Below, in pieces: positions 29,076 through 45,681 of a stretch of DNA of 64,000 nt (the stretch's first letter is position 1; each line of letters starts with the position of its first letter). The notes below the pieces were generated by a model. It had not been told where the DNA came from. It did not search any database and saw nothing but the letters and a program-made list of their open reading frames with translations. Source of the stretch: the human T2T-CHM13v2.0 reference genome, Homo sapiens; assembly GCF_009914755.1 (NCBI RefSeq), contig NC_060942.1. One strand, written 5' to 3'. Both the position numbers and the translations under genes were made by a program.

Positions 29076-29620
29076 CTTTTCATGAGTTAAAAGAAAAACT
29101 CATGTTGGCCCCAGCCCTGGGGATACCCGACCTGACAAAACCCCTTACACCCTGTGTGTCAGAAAGAGAAAAAATGGCAGTTGGAGTTTTAACCCAGACT
29201 GTAGGTCCCTGGCCAAGGCCAGTGGTCTATCTCTGAAAACAACTAGACAGTGTTTCCCAAGGCTGGCCCCCATGTCTAAGGGCCCTGGCAACAATGGCCC
29301 TGTTAGCACAAGAAGCAGATAAACTAACCCTTGGGCAAAACCTGAATATAAAGGCCCCCCATGCTGTGGTAACTTTAATGACTACCAAAGGGCATCATTG
29401 GTTAACAAATGCTAGATTAACCAAGTACCAAAGCTTGCTATGTGAAAATCCCCGCATAACCACTGAAGTTTGCAACACCCTAAACCCTACCACCTTGCTC
29501 CCGGTATCAGAGAGCCCAGTTGAACATAACTGTGTAGAAGTGTTGGACTCAGTTTATTCTAGCAGGCCAACCTCTGAAACCATCCTTGAACATCAGTAGA
29601 CTGTGAGCAGTACGTGGATG
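29076..29620 (+). pseudogene. pol: pol RT thumb/connection fragment
   Basis: AFHELKEKLMLAPALGIPDLTKP, AVGVLTQ..GPWPRPV and EADKLTLGQ..PHAV..HWLTNARLTKYQSLL. Confidence 0.8.
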
Positions 29621-29719
29621 GGAGTAGCTGCGCCAGCCCCTGCAAAGTGACTCTGAAGAAGACAACAAGCTCTGCTCCAGTCACGCTTGGAAGCTGACTG
29701 GTCCACACACGGCCGAAGC

Positions 29720-31785
29720 ATGAGAAAACTCATCGTGGGACTCATTTTCCTTAAAATTTAGACTTGTACAGTAAGGACTTTAACTGACTTTCCTAAGACT
29801 GAGGACTGTTCCCAGTGTATGCATCAAGTCACAGAGGTAGGACAAAAAGTTGCTACAGTCCTATTATTTTATGATTATTGTAAGTGTACTGGGACTCTTT
29901 AAAAAAAAAACTTGTTTGTATAATGCTATTCTATGCAAGGTATGTAGCCCAGGAAATGACCAACCTGATGTGTGTTATGACCCATCTGAGCCTCCCATGA
30001 CCACAGTTTTTGAAATAAGATTAAGGACTGAGGACTAGTGGGGGCTCATAAATGATACAAGTAAAGTGTTAGCCAAAACAAAAGAAAAAAGGGTGCCCAA
30101 ACAAGTCACCTTGAAGTTTGATGCCTGTGCTGTCATTAACAGTAATAAATTACGAATAGAATGTGGTTCTCTTAATTAGGAAAGAGGCTATATGGCAGAA
30201 AATAAGTACATTTGTCATGAATTAGGACTGTGTGGAAATGAATGTGGATACTGGTCTTGTGTCACTTAGGCTACTTGGAAAAAAAATAAAAAGATCCTGT
30301 CCACCTTCAGAAAAGAAGAAGTGGCCCTTCCTGTACCAGTGGTCAGTGTAACCCCTTAGAACTTGTAATAACCAACCCCCTTGATCCTCGCTGGAAAAAA
30401 GGGGAGCATGTAACCCTAGGAATCAAAAGGGCTAGACTAGATCCTCGAGTAAATATTGTGGTTTGAGGAGAAGTTTATAAATGCTCTCCTGAGCCAGTAT
30501 TTCAAACCTTCTATGATAAACTGAACGTGCCAGTACCAGAAATTCCAGGAAAAACAAGACATTTGTTTTTGCAATTAGCTGAGCACGTAACCCAGTCTCT
30601 CAATGTCACTTCATGTTATGTGCATAGAAGAACTGTAATAGGAGATCAATGGCCATGGGAAGCCCAAGAATTAGTACCTACAGACCCAGTTCCTGATGAA
30701 TTCCTGGCTCAAAAGAGTCACCCTGATAACTTCTAGGTCCTAAAAGCCTCAATCATTAGACAATATTGTATAGCAAGAGTAGGGAAGGACTTCACCCTTC
30801 CTGTGGGAAGACTCAGTTGCCTTGGGCAAAAACTGTATAATAATACTACAAAAATAGCCACCTAGCGGAGTTCAAACCACACTGAGAAAAATCCGTTTAG
30901 TAAATTCTTGAAGTTGCAAACCGTGTGAACCCACCTGGAGTCCCACTGGGACTGGACAGCCCCCACTGGATTATACTGGATATGTGGGCATAGAGCTTAC
31001 ACCAAATTACCTGACCAGTGGGCAGGTAGTTGTGTTATTGGCACTATTAAACCATCTTTCTTCCTACTGCCCATAAAGACAGGCGAACTCCTGAGCTTCC
31101 CTGTCTGTGCTTCCCGCAAAAAGAGAAGCGTAGCTATAAAAAATTAAAAAGATGATGAATGGCCCCCGAGAGAATCATACAATATTATAGGCCTGGTACT
31201 TGGGCACAAGATGGCTCATGGGGATACCAGACCCCCATTTACGTGCTTAACTGAATCATATGGTTACAAGCTGTCTTAGAAATAATCACTAGTAAGACCA
31301 GCAGAGCCTTGACTATTCTGGCCTAGCAAGAAACTCAGATGAGAAATGCTATCTATCAAAATAGATTGGCTCTCGACTACTTGCTAGCAGCTGAAGGAGA
31401 GGTCTGTAGAAAATTTAACCTTACTAATGGCTGTCTACACATAGATGATCAAGGGCAAGTAGTTGAAGACACAGTTAGAAATATGACAAAACTGGCACAT
31501 GTGCCCGTGCAAGTGTGGCACGGATTTGATCCTGGGGCCATGTTTGGAAAATGGTTCCCAGCGCTAAAAAGATTTAAAACTCTTATAATAGGAGTTATAA
31601 TGGTAATAGAAACCTGCTTACTGCTCCCTTGTTTGCTACCTGTACTTCTTCAAATGATAAGAAGCTTCATCGCTACCTTAGTTCACCAAAATGCTTCAGC
31701 ACAAGTGTACTATATGAATCATTATAGATCTGTCTTGCAAGAAGACATAGGCAGTGAGAATGAAATTGAGAACTCCCACTATTGA
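29720..31785 (+). pseudogene. env: HERV-E-type env, disrupted in SU; TM C-terminal 148 codons still open (31339-31785)
   Basis: Signal-like start MRKLIVGLIF, furin site RKKR (31115-31126), immunosuppressive domain [15 protein letters not shown] and a hydrophobic TM segment. Multiple stops upstream. Confidence 0.85.
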
Positions 31786-31808
31786 GTGAGAGTCTCAAAG
31801 GGGGGGAA

Positions 31809-32402
<594 letters not shown>

Positions 32403-32574
32403 TTACTCACCAGGAATCACCCAGGAAAAGCTTAGGGTTAACATATAGCCAGCTTTCAAATCAACACAGGATTGAACAGGTTTGATGTGGCCCTAGAGGG
32501 CAGAAGTGAGACCAAGTTTCAACAGTGATGACAACTCAATGTATGTTTTAGAATCTATTCATATAAACTATTTT

Positions 32575-33289
32575 AACAGCAAAGGAAAAACTTTGTTTCC
32601 ACCTTCTGAAGTTTGGTGCTGAAATGAACTGACAGTAGACAGATTAACAGGAGAAAAGGCATAGAAATTTATTCATGTGAATAAGCACAGAATCATAAAA
32701 AATATGAGACTCAAAGAAGGCCCAGGTGACTGAGGCTTAAGTGGCACGTCTTCACAGGGGAGAGAGAGACAGGGGTGTAGGCAATTTAGAGGGGTAGTAA
32801 ATGATTTTTAGGGGAAATAAATGAGCCCCAATAATAGACAATTGGCCTACAATTGGCCTGGGACAGAGTTTTTCTGAGCGTTGTGGGAGGTGGTGGTGAA
32901 TTACAGGAAGGTATGGGGCAGAACTACCATGGAACAAAGGTTGTCTCATTATGCAGCTAAAGTCTCCAGGTAATCTCTCAAAGCTGTCCTCAGAAGAATA
33001 GATGAAAAGTCTGTCTGGGCGTGGTTATGACTTTAAGTCTTCTCTCTGGTGGTTAATTGTTTCTGGATATTTGATGTGATTTCTAGAGAAGGAGTTTTAA
33101 GATCGTTGCCTTTCTTCTGGAAGAACTTCCCTTAATCAGAAGTTCTTTGAAGGGAACTTCAGAGAAAGCCCCTCCTAGTGCTTTGGTAAAGAAAGATCAG
33201 GAGACAGGTGGGCAGAGGAAGCTCAGAGAGAGACCTTGGTTCACCATGCCAAAGCACCATATTTTAGGGTATTGTTTTCTGAGCCCCAA
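32575..33289 (-). mobile_element. MER39-like ERV1 solo LTR
   Basis: The reverse complement begins tgttggggctcagaaaacaataccctaaaatatggtgctttggcatg. Confidence 0.7.
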
Positions 33290-33414
33290 CACTGTGGCCC
33301 ATAAAGGTTTGAGTCAGCTTACTAAAAAAAATGTAATATTTAAAGATAAATAAATATTTGAGAGAGTTGATGTCAGAAAAGCAATACGTAAGAAAAGAAT
33401 AAAACTACAGTGAG

Positions 33415-33715
33415 GGCTGGGTATGGTGGTTCACATCTGTAATCCTAACACTTTGGGAGGCCACGGTGGGGGCATCATTTGAGGCCAGAAATTCAAGACA
33501 AGCCTGGGCAACATAGCAAGACCCTGTCTCTAAACAAACAAACAAAAAAAAAACTTAGCTGGGTGTGGTGGCATGAGCCTGTAGTCCCAGGTACTGGGGA
33601 GGCTAAGGTGGGAAGATCACTTGAGCTCATGAATTTGAGGCTGCAGTGAGCAAAGATCATGCTATAGCACTCCAGCCTGGATGACAGTGAAACTGCCTCA
33701 AAAAGAAAAAAAAAA
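33415..33715 (+). mobile_element. AluJ
   Basis: Dimeric Alu with J diagnostics. Confidence 0.9.
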
Positions 33716-34070
33716 GCTGTGTTGAAAATAACACAAGTAAATGCATGTCAGATAGTTCTGCACACGTGGTACAGGGGGAAAAAAATGCCATACTGCAAGA
33801 TAGTTATTTCTTCCAGAGGCTAAAGCAAACCAGCTATTCACAAGAAGCACAACCTTGCCTGTTGCTGGGACCCGAGGGAAAGGCCTCAAGGCAGCTTTCC
33901 TCTTGGTACGGTCTCTGGCCAGCCTACATCTGGGCAGAGAATCACTGTATCACTGAGTCAGAACCAAAGAGGAATCATTTTAAAAGCCTATTCATTATTA
34001 TAATATAGTTTTCTATTTAAAAATCAGAAAAATATTTTCAAAATAGGTTTTTTAAAAAATCCACAAAACC

Positions 34071-34836
34071 TGGCCATCAGAGAAATGCAAATCAAAACCA
34101 CAATGAGATACCATCTCACACCAGTTAGAATGGCAATCATTAAAAAGTCAGGAAACAACAGGTGCTGGAGAGGATGTGGAGAAATAGGAACACTTTTACA
34201 CTGTTGGTGGGACTGTAAACTAGTTCAACCATTGTGGAAGACAGGGTGGCAATTCCTCAGGGATCTAGAACTAGAAATACCATTTGACCCAGCCATCCCA
34301 TTACTGGGTATATACCCAAAGGACTATAAATCATGCTGCTATAAAGACTCATGCACACGTATGTTTATTGCGGCATTATTCACAATAGCAAAGACTTGGA
34401 ACCAACCCAAATGTCCAACAACGATAGACTGGATTAAGAAAATGTGGCACATATACACCATGGAATACTATGCAGCCATAAAAAAGGATGAGTTCATGTC
34501 CTTTGTAGGGACATGGATGAAATTGGAAATCATCATTCTCAGTAAACTATCACAAGGACAAAAAACCAAACACCGCATGTTCTCACTCATAGGTGGGAAT
34601 TGAACAATGAGAACACATGGACACAGGAAGGGGAATATCACACTCTGGGGACTGTTGTGGGGTGGAGGGAGCGGGGAGGGATAGCATTAGGAGATATACC
34701 TAATGCTAAATGACGAGTTCATGGGTGCAGCACACCAGCATGGCACATGTATACATATGTAACTAACCTGCACATTGTGCACATGTACCTTAAAACTTAA
34801 AGTATAATAATAATAAAATTAAAAAAATTCAAAAAA
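34071..34836 (+). mobile_element. 5'-truncated L1PA3-like element (ORF2 C-terminus plus 3' UTR)
   Basis: Open 172-aa ORF2 tail ending MFSLIGGN. The 3' UTR reads gctaaatgacGAGtt (not the L1HS ACA/ACG). A-rich end at 34806-34836. Confidence 0.92.
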
Positions 34837-35105
34837 GAGGCATCTTTAAATGAGGTCTCTTATTTATACCTTTGACTACTTAAACCATTAATACTGAGAA
34901 GTATTAGAACATAAAGTAAAATTTTTTTATCAGTATAATTAATTCATTCTTAGTATGTTGAAAACAGAATCCTTGGAGTTTGATGACCAAGTAAAGTTTC
35001 CATACAAGCATCATTTTTATTATCTTCTTTACATTTAAAAATATCTACTTTTAATAAGAAGTAGCATCATTTTAATAGTATGCTTGCCTTTTTGCAAAAG
35101 CTCTA

Positions 35106-35424
35106 TTTTTATTTATTTTTAAATTTTTTTTATTGAGACAGTGTCTCACTCTTGTCGCCCAGGCTGGAGTGCAGTGGTGGAATCGCGGCACACGGCAGGC
35201 TCCACCTCCCAGGCTCAAGCTGTCCTCCTGCCTCAGCCTCCTGAGTGGCTGGGACTGCGGGTATGCACCACCATGCCTGTCTAATTATTGCATTTTCATT
35301 TGTCGTAGAGGCGGGGTTTTTTCATGTTGTCCAGGCTGGTCTTGAACTCCTGGGCTTCAAGCAGTCTGTGTCCCCCGGCCTCCCAGGGTGCTGGGATTGC
35401 AGGGATGAGCCACCATGCCTGACC
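35106..35424 (-). mobile_element. AluJ within the transduced segment
   Basis: Reverse-strand Alu. Confidence 0.88.
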
Positions 35425-35654
35425 CCAAATGTCTATTTTTAAACAGTTTTATCAAAATGTAAAGTGTATAAACACACATATTTAAAGGGTACAATATGGT
35501 ATGTTTGTGACATGTAAATATTAACGCAACCTCACTTATATTGAAGTTAGTGCATGTATTTGTAGAAGTTTCCTAGAGCTCCTTTGTAATTAATTCCTAC
35601 CTCTCACTTCACTCCTCTTCCATGCCTTCACTATCCCTGAGGCAGTCGTGATCG

Positions 35655-36655
<1,001 letters not shown>

Positions 36656-36818
36656 TGAAAAAAAAAAATCCACAAAACCCTTCTAGGCACTGGAGATACA
36701 GAGAAGACAATGACTCTTTGTCAGGAGGGTATACTATAATCTTTGGGGTATATAAAATTTCTTTGTTAATCAAAAGGATGAGAAATCAAAGCAAAGAAGT
36801 CTACTTCTAGTTAGACAA

Positions 36819-37334
36819 TGTAGAGGAGGAGAAAAACTAAGATCTGTTCCTCACCCATTGCAAGGATCATGGCTGACACCCCTATAGCAAAGTATAGACT
36901 AATAAGAGAAAAGGTAACAAATTTATTTAACAGAGTTTTACATGACATGGGAGCCTTCAGAAAGGAAGACCCAAAGAACCAGGGAAAAGTGTATTTTTAT
37001 GCTTGGATGTTATGAAGGACGGACAGTCATATAGAAATGTGATTGTACAAAAAGCAGGTATGACCTAATGGTACTAAACTGGAGGGAACTCAGCAAGGCC
37101 TGTCTGTTCAGGTGCTTCTTGGCCTCACTGACTTTTCCTCCAGGTATAGGGCAGGCCACCTGCACATAAGGGTCTTATGACCTCCTTCCAGGGAAGATAG
37201 ATCAGAGAATTTCTTTATGTCCAGCTGTCACACAGAAAGGTTGGGGAAGTTCAGAGTAACCTTCTTGCTTCTGAGACCCACCCCATCATCTTCAGTTCAA
37301 AGAAGTTTGGGGTTGCGTTTTCTGAGCCCTGACA
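36819..37334 (-). mobile_element. MER34/MER39-group ERV1 solo LTR
   Basis: TG...CA ends. The reverse complement starts tgtcagggctcagaaaacgcaacccc. Confidence 0.6.
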
Positions 37335-37744
37335 ATGATTTAGTAGAGAGAACTCAAAGCATCAAACGAGAGCTGAACTTTTGAATACTAGAAAGTACCC
37401 TAGGAATTACATCATTAAAACCAGCAGTGGCACTCATCCCCAAATTCATATGGAATCTCAGAGACCCCGAGTAGCCAAAACAATCTTGAAAAAGCAGAAC
37501 AAAGTTAGAGAAGTCACACTTCCTAATTTCAAAACTTACTACAAAGCTACAATAATCAAAACGGTATGGTACTGGCAAGAAGACAGATACATAGACCAAC
37601 AGAATGGAATAGATAGCCCAAAAATAAACCCATGCATATATGGTCAATTGATTTTTGACAAGGGTGCCAGGATCATTAAATGGGCAAAGGACAGTGTTTT
37701 CAACAAATGGTGTTGGAAAAGCTGGACACTAAAGGGCACTAGGT

Positions 37745-38666
<922 letters not shown>

Positions 38667-38777
38667 CTAAATGTACGACCTAAAACTATAGAACACTGGA
38701 GAAAAGCTTCATGACATTAGATTTGGCAATGATTTCACAGGTATGACACCAAAAGCACAGTCTATGAAAAATAAATA

Positions 38778-39098
<321 letters not shown>

Positions 39099-39542
39099 CT
39101 ACATCAAAATTTAAAACTTTTGTGGTTCAAAGGATACTATCGAAAGCATAAAAAACCCCACAGAATGAGGAAAAATATTTGCAAATCATCTGTCTGATAA
39201 GGGATTAATATCCAGAAAATATAAAGCACTCCTATAACTCAACAAAAAATAAGCAACCCCATTAAAAAATAGGCAAAGGACTTGAATAGACATCAATAAG
39301 CACATGAAAAGATGTTCAACATCGCTAGTCATTAGGGAAATGTAAATTAAAACTATGATGAGATATCAGTTCATACCCATAAGATTGGCTATTATTTTTA
39401 AAAATAGAAAATAAATATTGGACAGGATGTAAAGAAATTGGAACGCAAGTGCATTACTGGTGGGAATACAAAACAATGCAGCTGCTGAGGAAAGCAGTTT
39501 GGTGGTTACTAAAAAAAAGATAAACATAGAATTAATATATAA

Positions 39543-40070
<528 letters not shown>

Positions 40071-40573
40071 TACAGCCTAGTTTTAAATTCACAGTGCAGG
40101 GTCCTTGAGCCCATGAAGATGCCTCATAAATGTTTGATGAATGAGCACTCATGTTTCAAGGCCCAATTCAAATGTCATCTCCTTCAAGAAGCTCTCCTCT
40201 CTTAGCCTGCATGCTCTCTGCTCTGGTGGAATGATTGTGTGTCTATTACAGCACTTAGCATAGGGTGGAGTGGGGGAAGGAGTGTTATTTAGCAGAGTGG
40301 ACCAAGCACAGCTTGCATTCCAGTCCCCACTGTGTCCTAAGCTGTGTGATTTTGGACAAGTTACTTAGCCCTCCTGAATTTCCTCATGTGGAAAGCAGAG
40401 CAATCATTCCTATTTCTTAGAATTATGCTGAGCATTATTAAAGGGCCATACACAATGAGCACAGAGCATTCAATAAATGCTATAATCATTGCTGTGATGA
40501 CCACATCCCTATTCTTCTAGCAGTAGACTGAATCCTCCCTAGAGGGAACATATATCTGCCTCTCTACCCCTTT

Positions 40574-41809
<1,236 letters not shown>

Positions 41810-42271
41810 CTTTTCCCCTCACTCAGACACACAGCTCCTGGTCCCTGGTGAAGTGTCAGTTGATGAATGAGTGAGCAAATGAGTGAATGAATGAATGAAT
41901 GTACGTTAAATCAACCTATTGTCCTGGGGGGTCTCCTGGGGTAGGAACGGCTGGAGACAGGGAAGCTCAGGTATATCACCCACAGGACCAACCTCAGGCA
42001 TACAGCCTCTTTCATTCCATTTAAGCCCAAAGCAAACACTTACCTTCATGTGGCAACCAATGGCCTCCCCCAGCCAGTTCCTCAGGACCTGAGGGTGCTA
42101 CAATCTCCCAAACTGCCCTTATGCCAAGGACTTCTGCCAAAAGGTGGCATCACTTGGCTTGTGTTTTGGATTTCAGTATTATTTGTTTTTACCCCTGCTC
42201 ATGACCTTTCATAATGTCTGAAACATGATATTCCCAGAAGATTTGCTCATTCCTCTATTTTTAGGAAAATA

Positions 42272-42793
42272 TTATAGGGGCAGAAGGAAAACTTCTGAAG
42301 ATTCACTGAAAAATCAACTTACAAAAGTCAGATGAATTGGAGGAAAGGCATACAAAATGTAACAACGTGTATATGGGGAGCATCACTGAGTGATTACCCA
42401 ACCCACCAATGGGGTGCAGAAGCTTCTATGTGAGCTCAGAGCATGGTCAAAATAAGGCTACGGTGATGAATCCAGTTATGGGAGGGAGGGGAATGAGAGT
42501 TGGCTAGCAAAGAGAGTCTTGTTATGTAAATAAAACCTCATAGGTAGAAACCCTCAGAAAGAATAGATGCTAAATGTTTCTTTAGACCTTTAAAAGTGAC
42601 AAATTCTAAGTTTTTCTTTCCTGAATTCTGACAAGGGAGAGCCTGGCTTCCTCTATGCAGATTCTCTGTAGATGCAAATTTTCCCCACAAAAGACAGCTT
42701 TGCAGGGCTACTTCTGCAGGCTGGCTCTCTGGCAGCCATCTCAACATACGTCAAACAAATGTATTTTAGGGTACAATATTTTTATTTCCTTCA
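42272..42793 (-). mobile_element. MER4-group ERV1 solo LTR (LTR49/LTR54-like)
   Basis: The reverse complement starts tgaaggaaataaaaatattgtaccctaaaatac. Confidence 0.55.
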
Positions 42794-42886
42794 ATATCAA
42801 AAAATAATGTGCTATTTCTGTAACTGCATTTTGTCTGTTAGTTCAATAGTGGTGTCACGTGTTGTCTTGTTTATTAACTACAAACC

Positions 42887-43095
42887 AGTGGTTCTAACCT
42901 GGGGAGTGGGTGGGTAATTTTGCCCTTGAGGGGATATTTAACAATATCTGAATAATTTGGTGGGAGGCAGTGCTAGGAGCATCTAGTGGGTAGAGGCCAG
43001 GGAAGCTGCTAACATCCTGCAATGCAGAGGATAGCCCTCACCATAAAGAATTATCTGTCTCAAAACATCAGTGGTGTTGAGGTAGAGGCACCGCT
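42887..43095 (+). mobile_element. MER20 hAT-Charlie DNA transposon
   Basis: cagtggttct...gcatctagtgggtagaggccagggaagctgctaacatcctgcaatgca. Confidence 0.8.
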
Positions 43096-43589
43096 CTATA
43101 ACCTAAGAGAAGAAAGGTAGTCATCACTGTTAAATGGTAATTTTCAAAAAAGGCAAATTCATGACTCTCATACAGATATAAAAATGAACCCGTGATAAAG
43201 ATTTTCTTTTACTCATGAGGGAAGCAGACAAATACTATAGCCCGTTTAAAAGAAACTCCAAAGAGCAAATTTATGGATCAGTTGTATGAAAATTGATATG
43301 CCAATTGAGGCAAACTGATTTTCCCACAGTGGGAGGGAAGTTAATTGAACCTCCAGCAGACGGGACATGATTTGCATCCTACACTGCGGAGTGGGTGGGT
43401 GATTTACAGTGATTTACAGAACTGTAAAATAGATCCCATGGAACCGGAATCATACAGAATGGTGTTCTGCGAACTACATCAGGGCAAAACACTGAGGCTT
43501 GTCAGAATTAAATGTTTGCTCCATCAAGGTCAGTTTAAAGTCACTTGAGAATGAAGAACTAACTCAAAGAAAAGTTTCAACATCAGAGT

Positions 43590-43893
43590 ATTATTTTTAT
43601 TTTTATTTTCTTAGTAGAGTCTCATTCTTTTGCCCAGGCTGGAGTGCAGTGGCACGATCTTGGCTCACTGCAACCTCCAGCTCCCATATTAAAGCGATTC
43701 TCCTGCTCAGCCTCCCAAGTAGCTGGGATTACAGGCACCTGCCACCATGCCCAGATAACTTTTGTGTTTTTTTGTGGCAATGGGGTTTCACCATGCTGGC
43801 CAGGATGGTCTCAAACTCCTGACCTTGGGTGGTCTGCCCGCCCTGGCCTCCCAAAGTGCTGTAATTACAGGCGTGAGCCACGATCCCTGGCCT
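43590..43893 (-). mobile_element. AluS
   Basis: Reverse-strand Alu. Confidence 0.9.
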
Positions 43894-44263
43894 CATCTGG
43901 TTGTTCAGAGTAGACTTTCTGAAGCTTCAATGTGCATATGATCACCTGGGATCTTCATGTCTAGGATGAAGTTTGAGTCTTGGTGTTTGTAACAAGCTCC
44001 CAGGTCAGGCCAGCCAATACTACCAGTTGATGGACACACTTTGAGTAGCTAAGGTTGGAGAAAAGAAATTTCTTTGTTACAAAGTAAGGAAACCAAAGAC
44101 AGAAACACTACAAATAGGTTATAGATCTCATCAGTCTCTTGAGCTAAGAAATAAGCCTTTGAAATCCTTAAAACACCCAAGGCATCAGAATTTGCAGGAC
44201 ATGGACCAGACCAGGATACTGGGACTTCTCTTTGGTGTGGAAGACCAGTACAAACAAAAAAGA

Positions 44264-45351
44264 TGTAGTCACCCAACAGGTTCTTCCTGCTACTGCACAG
44301 ACAAAGCCAGTTCACTGAGTCCATGGTATTGCAGCAAAGAAAGAGTTTAACTTGAGGCCAGCCACATGGGAGAACTCAAGTCAGTCTCCCCACAGATTCA
44401 GAAGCTAGAGTTTTTCAAGGATAGTTTGGTAGCATTGGAGTAGGGAATGGGTGCTGCAGATTGGTTGGGGATGCAATCATTGTGAGGCAGGAGAATAGGG
44501 TCTGGAGGCAAGGAACACAAGGCTGATTCATGCTGACTTCCTAGAACTAAATCAAATGGAAACACTTCAGCTATGACAGGAAATATCCTCTCCATTTACA
44601 TAGGGCATACACCAAGTAACCAAAAGGAACCTCTAGAAGGTATTTAAACCCAAGAAAATTCCGTAACCAGGCTCTTGAGCTCCTATGCTCAGGCCCGCTC
44701 CCACCCTGTGGAGTGTATTTTTCATTTTCAATAAATCTCTGCTTTTGTTGCTTCATTCTTTCCTTGCTTTGTTTGTGTGTTTTGTCCAATTCTTTGTTCA
44801 AGATGCCAAGAACCTGGACACCCTCCACCAGTAATAATAGAGATGTGCAAAACAGTCTTTGGGTGCTGAATCCACCTCTGGGTAGGAGGCCACAGAACCG
44901 GCTGAATCATGAGTCCTGGGTCCAGGTGGGGTCAATCTGAAAAACATCTCAAAAGACCATTCTTAGGTTCCACAATAGTGATGTTATCTATAGGAGCAAT
45001 TGGGGAAGTCACAGATCTTATGACCCCTGGCCACATGACTCCTGAACAGTAAGGGATTATAGAAACTATGCTTACACTTCAGCAGAATTCAGGCTGCTCC
45101 CATAATCTTAATCCTGTGGCCTTTCATTAGTTTTACAAAAGTGGTTTCAGTCCCTGAACAAAGAGCAAGTTAGTTTTAGGGAGAAGCTATTAACATCCTT
45201 GCTTCAAAGTTAGACTATAAACTAAATTACTCTGATTACTTTGGCCTATGTCCAGGAATGAGCGAAGACAGCCAGCCTGTGAGGCCAGCAGCAAGATGGA
45301 GTCAGCCATGCCAGGCTTCTGTGAGTCATAATCTTTGCAAAGGTGGCTTCA
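44264..45351 (-). mobile_element. LTR8A solo LTR, copy 2 (split by a MER61/MER51B-type LTR)
   Basis: Collinear with copy 1. TSD AAGA at 44260-44263 and 45352-45355. Confidence 0.8.
44483..44836 (+). mobile_element. MER61/MER51B-type ERV1 solo LTR
   Basis: tgaggcaggagaatagggtctggaggc...gccaagaacctggacaccctccaccagtaata. TSD ATTG / ATAG. Confidence 0.75.
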
Positions 45352-45681
45352 AAGATGGGAGGGGTTGCCTTTGGAGTCCAGGATGAGGTAAAAATAATAA
45401 ACAAATAAAATAAAAAAGAAAACAAAGATGGGAGAGGTGAATGCTGGATGAAAGATAAGGCTTTAAAGTGTCAACTTTAAATAATGAGGTTCAGAAAATG
45501 TGATTAAGTATGGTGTTTATTCAAGCCCAAAAGTGGAAGATGGCCACCTAGGAGACATCAACTCCGAAAGAGGCGGTGTTATGTTTCCAAAATGGAAAAG
45601 TTCAGGTTTCACTTGTGTAGGCAGAGACAGAGAAGTTTTAGCAGGATTACAACATTTTCCATAGCAGACCAGTGCACATGT

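Noticed and set aside
34085-34603. 172-aa ORF as a gene
   Set aside because: It is the C-terminus of L1 ORF2 in a young truncated L1, where an open frame is expected.
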